Source of the DNA: Octopus sinensis
Lineage: Eukaryota
Length of the DNA stretch: 64,000 nucleotides
Assembly (NCBI RefSeq): GCF_006345805.1
Contig: NC_043009.1
Span: 55,366,001-55,430,000, forward strand
Direction of reading: 5' to 3'
Made by a program: the position numbers and the translations under genes. Shown piece after piece: positions 62,753-64,000 of the stretch. Position 1 is the stretch's first letter; every line of letters starts with the position of its first letter. A model generated the notes under the pieces. It was not told the DNA's origin and ran no database searches. It worked only from the letters and a program-made list of their open reading frames with translations.

Positions 62753-62765
62753 TGACAGCACTCAT
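62753..62765 (-). CDS. SDR oxidoreductase coding exon 1 (13 coding nt: M-S-A-V plus 1 nt)
   Basis: Sequence is aagaATG AGT GCT GTC A|gtaagt. The phase-1 donor joins AT at 61088 to give MSAVNTNIHGKVVIVTG. The exon starts at acceptor tttttctgccttcacag|62901. Confidence 0.8.
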
Positions 62766-62901
62766 TCTTGATAATTTCTGTGGTAACAAAGTTTGTCAAA
62801 ATATAGTTTCAAAAGAGTTGAATCAATATCAGGATATTCTCCAGAATTTCAAGCAAATTACAATTTCTGAATGTACTTAGAGCAGAAAAAATTGAGCATT
62901 T
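62766..62901 (-). other. 5' UTR part of the SDR start-codon exon, containing a 13-codon uORF (62899-62858)
   Basis: Strong polypyrimidine acceptor, an in-frame TAA upstream of the ATG, and an out-of-frame uORF MLNFFCSKYIQKL*. Confidence 0.65.
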
Positions 62902-63669
62902 CTGTGAAGGCAGAAAAATAATAGAGAGATTATTTGTAATTAACAATATTTTCTTTAAATTAAATATAATAAACCAACAAAACAAGGATAATGATATTAG
63001 ACATTATAAGAACCAATTTGCAACAGATTTGCAGACAGAACTCGAACCATGCTTGCCAGGAAAGCATCTTACCAAATACAGAGTGCCATTTTGCTGATTA
63101 CATGGAGCTTAAATGAAGTTTCAGTTTCCTTAGTGGTTGTCAGTTGATCTTTTCTATCTCAAATGTTAAATTATAATTATACCAAACTTTTACTTTGAAA
63201 AATAAATTAGTTAACACTAGAGAAAAAGAAGTCTTAATTGCTTGCGTATACAAAGGTTTCTTTTTAAAAAAATTCAGATAATTGAAATTTATATAAGATC
63301 CATAAACTGTTTTTCTAAACTCAACTCTAATAACTGTGGTGTTATGAGCCAGGCTATGTTGTAGGGGAAGGACCGGAAGTGAGGGAGGATGCATGTCCTG
63401 TTGGAAGTGGGGCCTGTGGGTCCCACCAAAAGGGCTGTGGTGGGCATGTGGGGTCGGTGAGGTGCGAGTGGTCAGTTGGTGGTGAACAGCATACGAGAGC
63501 AGACCTGTTAGATGGTACAGCAGCAGACAGAGTACATGGTACAGTGGCAGAAAGAGCATGTGGACATTGTGAGTGACCCTTCCAGATTGACAGGTGAGAC
63601 TACCGCAATTCTCTCTCTGCTTTCCATCTTTTCCTCCCTCACATCACAAGCTATTTTGGCACAAAAAAA

Positions 63670-64000
63670 AAAATGATGGGTATGGTCCATATTTCAAGCA
63701 AGACGGTTAGGCCATTTTGTGGTGAGGGAAACGTCACTGCATGGTTGAAAAAAATTAAGTTAGTGGCAAGACTCCACAGTATAGATGACCTAGCAAGTTT
63801 CATACCATTGTACCTTGATGGATCAGCGTTGGTGCTATACCTGAAAATGGAGGAGAAAGACTAGTTAAGCACAGAGAAAATAGAAGTCTGGCTGATAGAG
63901 GCTTTCACTGAAGGGCCATTTATGGCATATGGTCGACTGGGGAAAGCGAAGTGTTTTCCAATGAAATCAAGAGATTGGCCAAACTTACGGGATACGAAGA
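63670..64000 (+). mobile_element. Ty3/Gypsy-like gag fragment, degenerate and running off the window; a possible LTR starts at about 63335
   Basis: Encodes KTVRPFCGEGNVTAWLKKIKLVARLHSIDDLASFIPLYLDGSALVLY..*..EAFTEGPFMAY, with an in-frame stop at 63862-63864. Confidence 0.6.

Noticed and set aside
62753-62901. Reading the SDR as the C-terminal domain of a fused NRPS-like protein through this exon
   Set aside because: There is an in-frame TAA near the start of the exon. A fusion would need a different upstream exon that is not visible here.

Overview
This is AT-rich animal genomic DNA dense in microsatellites and SINEs. The repeat families and gene style suggest an octopus (coleoid cephalopod) genome, which is an inference. 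I rebuilt three spliced genes by hand from splice sites and reading phase. (1) Mitochondrial cysteinyl-tRNA synthetase CARS2, minus strand: the first three coding exons are at 7946-7624, 5642-5474 and 3424-3247, and the rest lies left of the window. (2) An ING1/ING2-type PHD-finger gene, plus strand: four exons from 21175 to 46404, 255 aa, with a 20.3-kb first intron. (3) A complete 252-aa NADP(H)-type short-chain dehydrogenase/reductase (SDR), minus strand: six coding exons from 62765 to 49887. The rest is transposon debris: several SINE families, Tc1/mariner elements (DD34D, DD37D, DD41D), hAT, piggyBac, pogo and Helitron non-autonomous elements, CR1 and RTE LINE ends, Penelope-like footprints and a Gypsy gag. 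The main leads are a set of Penelope-type hammerhead ribozyme motifs, including a non-canonical CUGUCGA-core family; the CARS2-ING head-to-head pair, which matches human CARS2-ING1; the stand-alone SDR, which resembles the terminal reductase domain of fungal ATRR glycine-betaine reductase; a foldback element carrying telomere-like repeats; a 184-bp SINE multimer array; and inverted SINEs bracketing ING exon 2. Repeat boundaries are approximate unless a TSD or TIR is quoted. No database searches were run.
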